A stretch of 64,000 bases of DNA from Myxococcota bacterium (GCA_965228475.1 OZ245817.1:4224001-4288000); one strand, 5' to 3'; shown: positions 32,118 to 41,418, numbered from the stretch's first letter. The notes: a model not told the origin generated them from the sequence alone. A program made the numbers and translations.

Positions 32118-32978
32118 TCATCGTCGACGCGCCGGGTTCGTTTCCTGGTTCGATCGCGCGCTGCGGACCCGCTCGATGAAGTCCTCCGAGAGGCCGGCCT
32201 CCCGCCGCGCGCGCACGTCGAAGCGGCGGGCCTTCGCGCGGGCCGGAGAGAACGGGAACGGCACGGCCGCCTCGTAGGCGGCCAGATCGCTCTCGGCTTC
32301 CGGCCTCAGTGCCAGGAGCCAGGTCCGGGCGAAGCGCACGTGGCCGATCTCGTCGCGGTGGACCTCTTCGCACACGCGTGCGCTGGTCTCGTCTCCGGCT
32401 TCCCGGAAGGCGTCGCGGTAGACGAGGGTGAAGTCGAGATTGGCCTGTTCGAGCGTAAGACCCATGGCCGAGAGGAAGGCGCACGGCCCGGCGTGGGCCG
32501 CGCCTTCTTCGCTGCGAACGTCGGCGATGGTCCGGGCGTGGCGCCAGAAGTAACCGGAGAGCGGGTGCACCTCGAGCGACGAGCCGAGGGCCGCGAGGCG
32601 TTCCAGGTAGAGACCGCAGTGCCGCTGCTCGTCGCGCAGGATGCCGAGCCAGCCGCGGCGCAGCTCCGCGGGAAGCGCGGGCCATCGCAACAGCGCCCAC
32701 GCGAACAGCTCGACCGCCATGAGCTCGTGGTGGGCGAAGCGCGCGAGGCAGCGTGCGCGGGCCGCCGGGTCCGAGAGGGAGCCGGGGCGCGGGAGCGGAT
32801 CCGCCGCCTCCTCGAGGGCGAGGCCCGGCGTGCGGGCCGGCTCGTCGATGCGCTGGGGTTCGTCGGCCGGCCGGCTCCCTTCGCCTCCGAGGACGAGCTC
32901 GCCGCTCGGAGGCCGGAGCTTCGCTTCGAGCGAGGGGGAGACGAGGATCGCCCGGCAGTAGTCCGCGAGGGTTTGCAT
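32118..32978 (-). CDS. DUF455 family ferritin-like diiron protein
   Basis: LARFAHHELMAVEL, DEQRH, LEQANLD, DEIGHV. Confidence 0.75.
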   Translation of the reverse strand: MQTLADYCRAILVSPSLEAKLRPPSGELVLGGEGSRPADEPQRIDEPARTPGLALEEAADPLPRPGSLSDPAARARCLARFAHHELMAVELFAWALLRWPALPAELRRGWLGILRDEQRHCGLYLERLAALGSSLEVHPLSGYFWRHARTIADVRSEEGAAHAGPCAFLSAMGLTLEQANLDFTLVYRDAFREAGDETSARVCEEVHRDEIGHVRFARTWLLALRPEAESDLAAYEAAVPFPFSPARAKARRFDVRARREAGLSEDFIERVRSARSNQETNPARRR

Positions 32979-33070
32979 GGTGCTCCGAGGCGGGAGGATA
33001 ACGTCCGCCCAACCCCCTGCCGACTCGCCGCAGAGCGCCTATGCTGCGCGCCCAACCCCGGAGGAGAGTC

Positions 33071-33880
33071 ATGGAACGCGTGCTTCGAGAAGGTGCATTC
33101 ACCGGCGAAACCCACCTCGTCACCGGCGCCGGCCAGGGCATCGGCGAGTGCATCGCGCGCTCGCTCGCCGCGCACGGCGCCCAGGTCGTGCTCGTCGATC
33201 TTTCGGCGGAGCGCCTCACGGAGGTCGCCGAGAGCATCCGCGGGGAAGGCTCGCCGGAGCCGATCGTCGCCGCGGGCAACGTCACCGACGAAGGGGACGT
33301 GAAGAACGCGGTGTCGACCGCACTCGAAGCCACGGGGCAGCTCAACGGGATCGTGAACGTCGCCGGCATCACGCGCGACGCCCGCATCGCGAAGAAGAGC
33401 TACGACGACTTCAAGGCCGTCATGGCCGTCCACCTCCACGGAACGTTCCTGTTCACCCGGGAGATCGCCGCCCAGCACTGGCACCCCCTCTTCAAGGAGA
33501 ACGGGAACCAGCCGCTCGAGGACGGCACGAACCGCTTCATCCTGAACTTCTCCTCGGTTTCGGCCCGCAACGGCAACGTCGGCCAGATCGACTACACCGC
33601 GGCGAAGGGTGCGATCGAAGCCGCCACCCGCACCACGGCGCGCGAGTTCACGAGCTACCGGGCGCGCGTGAACGCCATCGCCCCGGGGCCGGTCAACACG
33701 CCGATGCTCGCGGAGGTCGGCGAGGCGGGCATCGCGATGATGGGCGCCGCCACGCTGACGGGCCGCATCGCGGAGACCGAGGACATGGCGAACTTCATCT
33801 GCGCGCTCGCCGACCCGAAGATCGGCGGCTACGTGAACGGCCAGGTGATCCAGGTGAACGGCGGCATGTACCTCGCCTGA
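33071..33880 (+). CDS. SDR family oxidoreductase (FabG-like)
   Basis: TGAGQGIG, NVAGITRD, GQIDYTAAK, RVNAIAPG; GGAGGAG SD. Confidence 0.9.
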   Translation: MERVLREGAFTGETHLVTGAGQGIGECIARSLAAHGAQVVLVDLSAERLTEVAESIRGEGSPEPIVAAGNVTDEGDVKNAVSTALEATGQLNGIVNVAGITRDARIAKKSYDDFKAVMAVHLHGTFLFTREIAAQHWHPLFKENGNQPLEDGTNRFILNFSSVSARNGNVGQIDYTAAKGAIEAATRTTAREFTSYRARVNAIAPGPVNTPMLAEVGEAGIAMMGAATLTGRIAETEDMANFICALADPKIGGYVNGQVIQVNGGMYLA

Positions 33881-33929
33881 TCCGGCCGGGGCGCGCGGGC
33901 ATCCTCGCAGCGATTGCTAGGATCCGGCG

Positions 33930-35762
33930 GTGCTCCGCCGCATCCTCGCCCTCGTCGCCCTCTTCCTGTTCGTCGGCTCGCTGCTCGTCGGAGCCGCGTT
34001 CGTCCTGCGCTTCGAGCTGATCCGCTGGCGCCAGGATCTTCCCGCGTTCACGCACCAGCCCGGCGCGGTGACGTACGCGCGTGTCGCGATGCGCGACGGC
34101 GTCGAACTCGCCACGCAGATCGCGCTCCCGGCCCCGCCCGCGTCCGAGGACGACGCGATGGACGCTGCGGACGAAGCGCCGCCGCGCTGGCCCGTCGTCC
34201 TGATCCGCAACCCGTACCCGCGCTTCGATCGGATGGTGAAGCACCTGTGGTGCGGCGTGCTCGTACGGTACGGCTTCGGCTGCATCTACCAGGACGTCCG
34301 TGGGCAGATGGCTTCGGGCGGCGAGTGGGAGCCCTTCGTGAACGAGCGCGAGGACGGGCTCGACACGCTCGCGTGGCTCACGAAGCAGGCCTTCCAGGAC
34401 GGCAACCTCGCACTCTACGGGCCTTCCTACCTCGGCGCGGTGCAGTGGACCCTGGCAGACTCGCTCCCGCCGGAGGTCAAGACCCTCATCCCGATCGTCG
34501 TCACGACGGACTTCCGGCGCGCCGTCTTCGAGCGGGGACTCTTCCGCCACGAGACGTTCACGGCCTGGGCGGCCATGATGCGCGACGGAACGATGCACCG
34601 GGGCGCCGGGGACGACTACCAGGCGGCGTTGCGACACCGGCCCCACGCCGAGGCCGACGCCGCCTACTTCGACGGCCCCCTCGACTGGTACCGCGAGTGG
34701 ATCGCGAGCCCCGCCATCGACGACGCGCTCTGGCAGGGAGAAGGTTTCGCCGCGCTGCGCGCGACGCCCGCGGGCATCGACGTTCCGGTCCTGATGATCG
34801 GCGGCTGGTACGACGTCTTCTTCGGACCCCAGGCCGACGACTTCCTCGCGCTCGGCAGCCGCGACCGCAGCCGTTTCGTGATCGGCCCGTGGACCCACGG
34901 CGGCCGGCCCGCCGGCGTCTTCGACCTCCCCGACGCCGGCGGGGGCCTGACCCAATGGAAGACCGTGCTCGACTGGCTCGGACACCACCTGCGCGGCGAC
35001 CCGCTCGCGCAGCCGGCCTCGGGGGTGGCGAACTACGTGATGGGCGAAGCGCGATGGGCGGAACGCCCCGTCTGGCCTCCGCCGTCGCGGACCCGGAGCT
35101 GGTTCCTCGAAGCCGGGCCGGAGCGGGCCGGCTGCACGGTCGGCGCGCTCGCAACGGAGCCGCCCGCGACGGTGCAACGCATCGCGTACCGCTACGACCC
35201 GGACGACCCGACGCCGACCCTCGGCGGAAGCGGGATGCTTGCCTTCCTGCTGCCCGGCTTCGGGGGCGCACCCCCGGCCAACCAGTGGCAGCGCGAGCCC
35301 TGCGAGCGCGCGGACGTCGTGAGCTTCCTCTCCCCACCGATCGACGCCCCGCTCCACCTCGCCGGAAGCGGGGCGCTGCATCTCACGGTCCGCTCGGACG
35401 CCGAGGACACGGCGTTCCATGCCAAGCTGATCGAGGTCTTCGACGACGGGCGCGCCGTGAACGTCCGCGATGCGATCACGTCTCTCGCCTTCCGCGATGG
35501 CAGCGGCCGGCGGCAGACGTACCGGGCGGGTGAAACCGTCGATCTCGAGATCCCCCTCTGGCCGATCGAGTGGATCTTCCGCGCCGGCTCGCGGCTTCGG
35601 GTCGACGTCGCCTCGGCGGACTTCCCGAAGTACCACGCCCACCCGAACCGCGCGGAGCCCTGGGCCTCGGTGCGCGAAGCCCGCGTGGCCGAGCAGACGC
35701 TCGAGCTCGGCGGGGCGAGCGCCGCGCGGCTCGAACTCCCGATCCTCGAGGCGCGCCCCTGA
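33930..35762 (+). CDS. CocE/NonD family serine hydrolase
   Basis: MRDGVELA, QDVRG, GPSYLG nucleophile elbow, GWYDVF, IGPWTH, C-terminal PepX_C-like domain. Confidence 0.9.
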   Translation: MLRRILALVALFLFVGSLLVGAAFVLRFELIRWRQDLPAFTHQPGAVTYARVAMRDGVELATQIALPAPPASEDDAMDAADEAPPRWPVVLIRNPYPRFDRMVKHLWCGVLVRYGFGCIYQDVRGQMASGGEWEPFVNEREDGLDTLAWLTKQAFQDGNLALYGPSYLGAVQWTLADSLPPEVKTLIPIVVTTDFRRAVFERGLFRHETFTAWAAMMRDGTMHRGAGDDYQAALRHRPHAEADAAYFDGPLDWYREWIASPAIDDALWQGEGFAALRATPAGIDVPVLMIGGWYDVFFGPQADDFLALGSRDRSRFVIGPWTHGGRPAGVFDLPDAGGGLTQWKTVLDWLGHHLRGDPLAQPASGVANYVMGEARWAERPVWPPPSRTRSWFLEAGPERAGCTVGALATEPPATVQRIAYRYDPDDPTPTLGGSGMLAFLLPGFGGAPPANQWQREPCERADVVSFLSPPIDAPLHLAGSGALHLTVRSDAEDTAFHAKLIEVFDDGRAVNVRDAITSLAFRDGSGRRQTYRAGETVDLEIPLWPIEWIFRAGSRLRVDVASADFPKYHAHPNRAEPWASVREARVAEQTLELGGASAARLELPILEARP

Positions 35763-37327
35763 GCCCGGCAACGGCCAGCCCCCAGCGGCCGCTGCTCATC
35801 CCCGCCGGTCTCGCCCTCGCCTTCGCAGGGTGGCCCTGGCTCTTCCTCGGCGAACGCTGGCACGCCCTCGGCACGGCCTCGCTCCCGTTCGCGGCGCTCC
35901 TGATCCTCGCCGCGGCGGCCCTCGCTCTTTCGTCCCGGCGCAGCGGCCGCCAGCTCACGCTCTCCTTCGAATCGCGCCGCGTGCACTGGGTGCAGATGAT
36001 CATGCACGCCTCGCTGTTCGTGGGCTGGGCGCCGTACTTCGATCAGGTCGTCGAGCACGTCCCGCACTTCGTCGCGCAGATCGCCTTCCTCTATGCCTTC
36101 GACCTGCTGCTCGGCTTCAGCCGGCGCGACCACGTGCGGACGGGCTTCGGCCCGATCCCGATCGTCGGGAGCGTGAACCTCTTCCTCTGGTTCCAGGACG
36201 AATGGTTCGGGCTCCAGTTCGTCCTACTCGCTGTGGGCGCGCTCGCCAAGGAGTTCCTCGTCTGGGAACGCGACGGTCGAAGGCGGCACGTCTTCAACCC
36301 CTCGAGCTTCCCGCTCTTCCTCGCCTGCGTCGGGCTCTGGGCGACGGGGAGCGACGACCTGACCTTCGCGAGCGACATCGCCGTCACCCAGGGAACGGTC
36401 CCCTACGGCTGGCTCGGCATCTTCCTGCTCGGCCTGGTCGTGCAGTCGCTCTTCTCGGTGACGCTCGTGACCCTGGGCGCGCTGCTTGCGATCTTCGTCC
36501 TGAACCAGCTCGTGACGTTTGCGACGGGCTCGTTCATCTGGGTCGACGTCGGCGTTCCGGTCGCCGTCTACCTCGGCTGCCACTTCCTGATCACGGACCC
36601 GGCGACCTCCCCGCGCAGCGACGCCGGCCGCTTCGTGTTCGGCCTGCTCTACGGAACGGCCGTCACCGGCCTCTACCTCGGCCTGCGGGAGGTCGGCGGG
36701 CCGGCCCACTACGACAAACTCCTGTGCGTCCCCTTCCTGAACCTGCTCGTTCGCCGCCTCGACCGCCTGGGTACCGTGCCGGAGGACACGTCCGGAAACC
36801 GGATCCACGTGGCGCTGGCCGCGCTCTTCTACGGCCTCAGCGTGGCGACCCACTTCGTCGGGACGAACCACCCGGGAACGAGCCTTCCGTTCTGGGAAGC
36901 GGCCTGTCGGGAAGAGCGTTGGCGGGGCTGCGAAGCCCGCGCGGATCTCGTCGACGAACGCTGCCATGCCGGGGAGTGGCTGCGCTGCGAGGAGTACGCG
37001 CGCCTCCTCATCGCGGGCGAGGGCGTCGAGCGCGATCTCGCCTCGGCGGGCTACCACTACACGCTCGCCTGCCAGCAGGGCACCGAGGCCGCGTGCGATG
37101 CCATCCCCGCCTACCGCGCCGCGGGAGGCGATGCCGCCCTGCGCGAAGCCTGCGACGCCGACGACGGACTCTCCTGCCTCGTGCTCGGCGTCGTCACGGG
37201 AGGGCGCTTCGGCGAGCCCGCGGATCCCGAAGCCGCCGCCGCGGCGCTCGCCCGCTCCTGCGAGCTCGGGACCGACGAAGCCTGCGAATTCCTCGAAGCG
37301 AGCGGGGGCAAGCGCCTCCAGCCCTAG
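35759..37327 (+). CDS. Stand-alone RnfD/NqrB-like membrane protein with C-terminal Cys-rich Sel1-like repeats
   Basis: HVFNPS and ITDPATSP motifs, many TM helices; C-terminal AC..G...AC repeats. Start uncertain (in-frame CTG overlapping the upstream TGA, or GTG 35981). Confidence 0.6.
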   Translation: MSPATASPQRPLLIPAGLALAFAGWPWLFLGERWHALGTASLPFAALLILAAAALALSSRRSGRQLTLSFESRRVHWVQMIMHASLFVGWAPYFDQVVEHVPHFVAQIAFLYAFDLLLGFSRRDHVRTGFGPIPIVGSVNLFLWFQDEWFGLQFVLLAVGALAKEFLVWERDGRRRHVFNPSSFPLFLACVGLWATGSDDLTFASDIAVTQGTVPYGWLGIFLLGLVVQSLFSVTLVTLGALLAIFVLNQLVTFATGSFIWVDVGVPVAVYLGCHFLITDPATSPRSDAGRFVFGLLYGTAVTGLYLGLREVGGPAHYDKLLCVPFLNLLVRRLDRLGTVPEDTSGNRIHVALAALFYGLSVATHFVGTNHPGTSLPFWEAACREERWRGCEARADLVDERCHAGEWLRCEEYARLLIAGEGVERDLASAGYHYTLACQQGTEAACDAIPAYRAAGGDAALREACDADDGLSCLVLGVVTGGRFGEPADPEAAAAALARSCELGTDEACEFLEASGGKRLQP

Positions 37328-37476
37328 GCGAACCCAGCGCCTTCTCGGCGTTCCGGGGGCCGGACGCGGAGGTGCCCGGGGCAGAGCAGTCGTCTCCACC
37401 CCGGGCGAATTCCGCGCGAGCGATCGCGTCAATCACCTTGCGCGAAATGCGAACCCCCGCTGGGCGAGCCCGTGGG

Positions 37477-38301
37477 CTAGCCGAGCAGGGACAAGGCGAT
37501 CGAAGTCGAAACGTTGGCCTGGGCGAGAACCGAGACGCCGGCCTGCTGCAGGACCTGGTTCCGGGTGAGTGCCGCGGTCTCGACCGCGACGTCCACGTCC
37601 CGAATTCGCGACTCTGCGGCCGAGATGTTCTCGACGGCCGTGGCGATCGAGCGAATGGTCGACTCGAGGCGGTTCTGCGTGGTACCGAAGGTCGCCCGCA
37701 ACGAGGCGACCACACCGATCGCGCTGTCGAGGACGTCGAGGGTCCCCTGGGCTCCAGCCTGACTCGAGACCGAGAGCGAAGCGACGCCGATGGCCGAAGC
37801 CGTGGCCGCGACGCCCGAGACGGTGATCGTGTCCGCCGAGGTCCCGTTCACGCCCACCTGGAAGGTGACGCTCGCGGTCCCGTCCGAGAGGACGGTGATC
37901 CCGTTGAACTGCGTGACGTTGGCGATGCGGTCGATCTCGCTGATCAACTGCTGGAACTCGAGGTTCAGGGAGGCGCGCTCGGAAGTCCCGAGGGTGCCGT
38001 TGGAGGCCTGGATGGCGAGCTCGCGCATGCGGATCAGGATCTGGCCGCTCTCGTCGAGCGCGCCTTCCGCGATCTGCACGAGCGAGATGGCATCGAGCGA
38101 GTTGCGCTGCGCCTGCTCGAGGCTTCGGATCTCGGCTCGGAAGCCCTCGGAGATCGCGAGGCCGGCGGCGTCGTCCGCGGCTCGGTTGATTCGCAGGCCC
38201 GAAGAAAGCCGCTCGAAGGAGCGCGAAAGCCGGGCGGTGGTGTTGGCGAGATTTCGCTGGGCGTTGATGGACGCGATGTTCGTATTGACGCGAAGACCCA
38301 T
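37477..38301 (-). CDS. fliC: Flagellin (short, 274 aa)
   Basis: MGLRVNTN, ERLSSGLRINRAADDAAGLAI, RMRELAIQASN, QNRLE, AESRIRDVD, VLAQAN; AAGGAGG SD. Confidence 0.95.
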   Translation of the reverse strand: MGLRVNTNIASINAQRNLANTTARLSRSFERLSSGLRINRAADDAAGLAISEGFRAEIRSLEQAQRNSLDAISLVQIAEGALDESGQILIRMRELAIQASNGTLGTSERASLNLEFQQLISEIDRIANVTQFNGITVLSDGTASVTFQVGVNGTSADTITVSGVAATASAIGVASLSVSSQAGAQGTLDVLDSAIGVVASLRATFGTTQNRLESTIRSIATAVENISAAESRIRDVDVAVETAALTRNQVLQQAGVSVLAQANVSTSIALSLLG

Positions 38302-38309
38302 GGTCCGTT

Positions 38310-38345
38310 CCTCCTTGACTGACTGATCCACCGATCCTTGGTGGA
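38310..38345 (-). promoter_or_regulatory. CsrA/RsmA-type binding sites in flagellin leader
   Basis: mRNA hairpin UCCACC-AAGGAUC-GGUGGA (38345-38327) with ANGGA in the loop; second AAGGA overlaps the SD. Confidence 0.65.
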
Positions 38346-38415
38346 CGAAGCGTCGACAGCCCTTCTCGGGCTACGGTCCGCAGCCGGTCACCGGCTACTT
38401 CATGACGCATTCTGA

Positions 38416-38478
38416 GGTTCGGCCTTCGGGGGGCCGCGATTGAGCACTTCTTGCCGATCGGCTGCAAAAAAGCTGCCC
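38416..38478 (-). promoter_or_regulatory. Flagellin promoters: sigma28-like, with an upstream sigma54-like site
   Basis: TCAA(38443-38440)-N16-GCCGAACC(38423-38416); GGCAGCTTTTTTGCA (GG-N10-GC) at 38477-38463. Confidence 0.55.
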
Positions 38479-38591
38479 CGCCGCTGCCCTCGGACTGCTC
38501 GGCGCCTGCCCGGCGGCTGCGGGCCGCCCGCGGCAATGCTTCGTTCCGATTGCGCTTTTCCGGCGCGGGCCGGGGGAAACCCCGAGGCCGC

Positions 38592-39023
38592 TCAGGCGGC
38601 TTCGCGCTCGAGCACGATCACCGGGATGGGGCGATCGGTGCGCTCCTCGTAGACCGTGTAGTTCGGGTACTGCCCGCAAACGTGCTGCCACAAAGCGGGC
38701 CGCTCCTCCGGGCCCGCCTCCCGCGCCGTGACGCCGAACCGCTCCCGCCCGACCTGCACCTCCCCTCGCCCCGCGTGGCGGAGGTTCAGCCACCAGGCCG
38801 GCGGACGGTCGGAGCCAAGGTTCGACCCGACCAGCAGGATCCGCTCTCCGTGGCGGACGTAGAGCAGCGGCGCGATGCGCGGCGCCCCGGACTTCCGCCC
38901 CACGGTATGGAGGAGCAGCATCGGCTGGCGCCCGAGCTTGTGCCCGATGCGCCCGCCGGACTTCAGGTAGAGGAAGCGGTGCACGTGGGTGATCAGGGCC
39001 AGCAGCCAGCGAGAGTTCGGCAT
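38592..39023 (-). CDS. Deazaflavin (F420)-dependent nitroreductase family protein (DDN/FDOR-A)
   Basis: LLLHTVGRKSG.PR..PL, GSNLG...PAWWLNL, Y..YEERTDRPIPVIVL. Confidence 0.85.
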   Translation of the reverse strand: MPNSRWLLALITHVHRFLYLKSGGRIGHKLGRQPMLLLHTVGRKSGAPRIAPLLYVRHGERILLVGSNLGSDRPPAWWLNLRHAGRGEVQVGRERFGVTAREAGPEERPALWQHVCGQYPNYTVYEERTDRPIPVIVLEREAA

Positions 39024-39028
39024 GGCGT

Positions 39029-40537
39029 TCAATCCTCGGGAAGGAGTGCGTCTAGAATCCGAGCGAGGCGCGCCGGTTCGCGCCGCAGGTGGACCGTCTT
39101 GCCCCCGGTCACGTAGACCAGCCCGGGCTTCGCGCCCTTCGGCTTCTTCACCTGCTTGATCGGGACGACGTGGACGTTCGCCCGGTTCGCCTTGCGCTGC
39201 TTCGAGAAGTGGACGGCGAGTTCGCAGGCTTCGAGGAGCGCCTCCTGCGGCGGGTCGTCCCGGCCGCCGGTGCGCAGGATGACGTGGCTCCCGGGCTCGG
39301 CTTCGAGGTGGAGGAAGAGATCCTTCCCGCGCGCGAGACGCGTGGTCAGGTGGTCGTTGCCCTCGTCGTTCTTGCCGACCCAGATCTCGAGGTCGCCGCT
39401 GGCGCGATAGCGCTTGGGCTGGAGGCGGCGCGGAAGGGCGCCCTTCTTCGGGCGCTCACCGCCCTTCCTCGAACTGGGTGCGGGAGGCGGCGCGTAGCGC
39501 GAGAGCAGGCGCGCGACGTCGGGCCGCGCGGCCAGGGCCTCGAGCGCCTCGGCATCGTCCGCCTTCGCTTCGACCTCCTCGAGCCACGCCGCGAGCTGCG
39601 CGCGCCGCTCCTCGGCTTCGGCCAGCTGGCCACCGGCGACCGTCGCCCGCTTCAGGGCCTTGTGGTAGCGCTTGAAGATCCGCTCGAGGTTGGCCTTGCC
39701 CGAGAGCTTCGGGTCGAGGGGGATCACGACCTCTTCCCCGTTCGAGAAGTCCCGCGCGCGCACCTCCTCGGCACCGGGTGCGACGTCACCGAGCACGCTC
39801 TTCAGGAGCTCCCCGTTGCGATGGAGCTCGGCGGCTTCGTCCCCGGCCTGGGCGTCGCGCTCGAGCTTCTCGAGGCGCCGCTTCAAACGAGAGAGTTCCT
39901 TCCCGAGCACCTGGCGGATCCGGCGCGCCTCCTCGTTGCCGCGCGACGCGGCCTCGAGCGGCCCGTAGTGCGCCTCGATCGCATCGAGCACGGCGAGACC
40001 CCGAGCCTCGGCGAAGCGATCCTCCCCGGCCGCGGGCGGGTTGCCCTCGGGGCTCCTGTAGGGCTGGCCGAGCGCGAGATCCCGGCGCGTGTCGCCGAGC
40101 GGGCGCAGGGCCGCGCGCAGGATGCCGTCGCCGTCCAACAGGTAGAGGTTGCTGCGCGGACCGAGCAGCGCGAGCACGAGATCGAAGCGCGCCTCCTTCG
40201 TTTCGAACCCCAGGGCGAGCTGACGGTCGCCGCCGAGGATGCGGGCCGAGACGAAGCGCGCGCGGTCGAGGTGCGCCCGCAGGAACGCCGCGAAGGCCGG
40301 CGGATCCGCAGGTGCGGCCGGACGCTCCGAGACCCGCGCGATGCGCGCGGCGTCGGGGCGGACCGAGAAACAGAGCTCGTGCTTTGCACCGCCCTCGCCT
40401 CCCGGGGCACCCCCCGGCACGTGGAGCCGCAGATAGACGGTCCGCTCGTCGGTCTGGGCGATCGCACGCAGACGCGCACCCGCCAGGGGCTCGGCGATCG
40501 CCTCCGCGACGTGCTGCAGTTCGGCCAGGGACAGCAC
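39029..40537 (-). CDS. rqcH: NFACT family ribosome quality control protein (RqcH/FbpA)
   Basis: GDR motif, LLGPRSNLYL, coiled coil, IPLDPKLS, VGKNDEGNDHL, LH...PGSHVIL (NFACT-R). Confidence 0.85.
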   Translation of the reverse strand: MLSLAELQHVAEAIAEPLAGARLRAIAQTDERTVYLRLHVPGGAPGGEGGAKHELCFSVRPDAARIARVSERPAAPADPPAFAAFLRAHLDRARFVSARILGGDRQLALGFETKEARFDLVLALLGPRSNLYLLDGDGILRAALRPLGDTRRDLALGQPYRSPEGNPPAAGEDRFAEARGLAVLDAIEAHYGPLEAASRGNEEARRIRQVLGKELSRLKRRLEKLERDAQAGDEAAELHRNGELLKSVLGDVAPGAEEVRARDFSNGEEVVIPLDPKLSGKANLERIFKRYHKALKRATVAGGQLAEAEERRAQLAAWLEEVEAKADDAEALEALAARPDVARLLSRYAPPPAPSSRKGGERPKKGALPRRLQPKRYRASGDLEIWVGKNDEGNDHLTTRLARGKDLFLHLEAEPGSHVILRTGGRDDPPQEALLEACELAVHFSKQRKANRANVHVVPIKQVKKPKGAKPGLVYVTGGKTVHLRREPARLARILDALLPED

Positions 40538-40542
40538 CGCGG

Positions 40543-41418
40543 CTACCTCTGGCACCGGCGGCAGTAGTGGGTGCCGCGCGCGCCGACGACGATGCGCCGG
40601 ATCGGCTCGCCGCAGACGGAACACGGCTCCCCGGTGCGCGCATAGACGCGCCGCTCGTCCTGGTAGGCGCCGTCGCTGCCGTCCGGTGCGACGTAGTCGC
40701 TGATGCTCGAGCCCCCCGTCTCGATCGAACGCTCCATCACCCGGCGCAGGCTCTCGGCGAGCGCGTCGCACTCGCGCCGCGTGACGCGCAGCGCCCGGCG
40801 CGTCGGCCGGACCCCGGCCAGGAAGAGCGCTTCGTCCGCATAGATGTTCCCGACGCCGGCCAGCACGTCCTGGGAGAGCAGCAGATTTTTCACGGCGACG
40901 GTGCGTTTGCGGCTCGCCACGAACAGGTGCTCGCCGGTCACCTCGAGGGCGTCGCGCCCGAGCTTCGCCACGCGCTCGAGATCTTCGCCGGGTTCGGCGA
41001 GCTGCACCTTCCCGAACTTGCGGACGTCGCGCATGAAGACGACGGGGCCGTCGTCCGCGAAGCGCAGGACCATGTGGGTGTGGGCGTCGGGTTCGAAGTC
41101 GGGCTGACTCTCGGGGGCGAGCGAGGCGCGTGCCGTCGCCGAGAGCAGGCGCACGCTGGCCGCCCCGGCCGAGAAGAGCTGGCCCGTCATGCCGAGGTGG
41201 ATGAGCAGGCGCGCGCCGTCGTCGAGGTGCGCGATCAGATACTTCCCCTTGCGTTCGAGGGCGGTGATGGTCCGGCCCGGGAGACGCCTGCGCAGACGGG
41301 CCGGCGGCGTCAGGAAGAAGTAGCTCGGCCGGGTCGTCTCGAGGGACGCCACGCGGCGGCCGACGAGCCGGGGCTCGATCTGGCGACGCGTGACTTCGAC
41401 TTCCGGCAGCTCGGGCAT
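40543..41418 (-). CDS. mutM: Formamidopyrimidine-DNA glycosylase
   Basis: MPELPEVE, RKGKY, HLGMTG, GVGNIYADEALF, C-terminal CSVC...CRRCQ zinc finger. Confidence 0.97.
   Translation of the reverse strand: MPELPEVEVTRRQIEPRLVGRRVASLETTRPSYFFLTPPARLRRRLPGRTITALERKGKYLIAHLDDGARLLIHLGMTGQLFSAGAASVRLLSATARASLAPESQPDFEPDAHTHMVLRFADDGPVVFMRDVRKFGKVQLAEPGEDLERVAKLGRDALEVTGEHLFVASRKRTVAVKNLLLSQDVLAGVGNIYADEALFLAGVRPTRRALRVTRRECDALAESLRRVMERSIETGGSSISDYVAPDGSDGAYQDERRVYARTGEPCSVCGEPIRRIVVGARGTHYCRRCQR

Noticed and set aside
37358..37417. Long imperfect hairpin between convergent genes
   Set aside because: Consistent with a 3' stabilising or termination stem of flagellin mRNA; no recognisable RNA family features.
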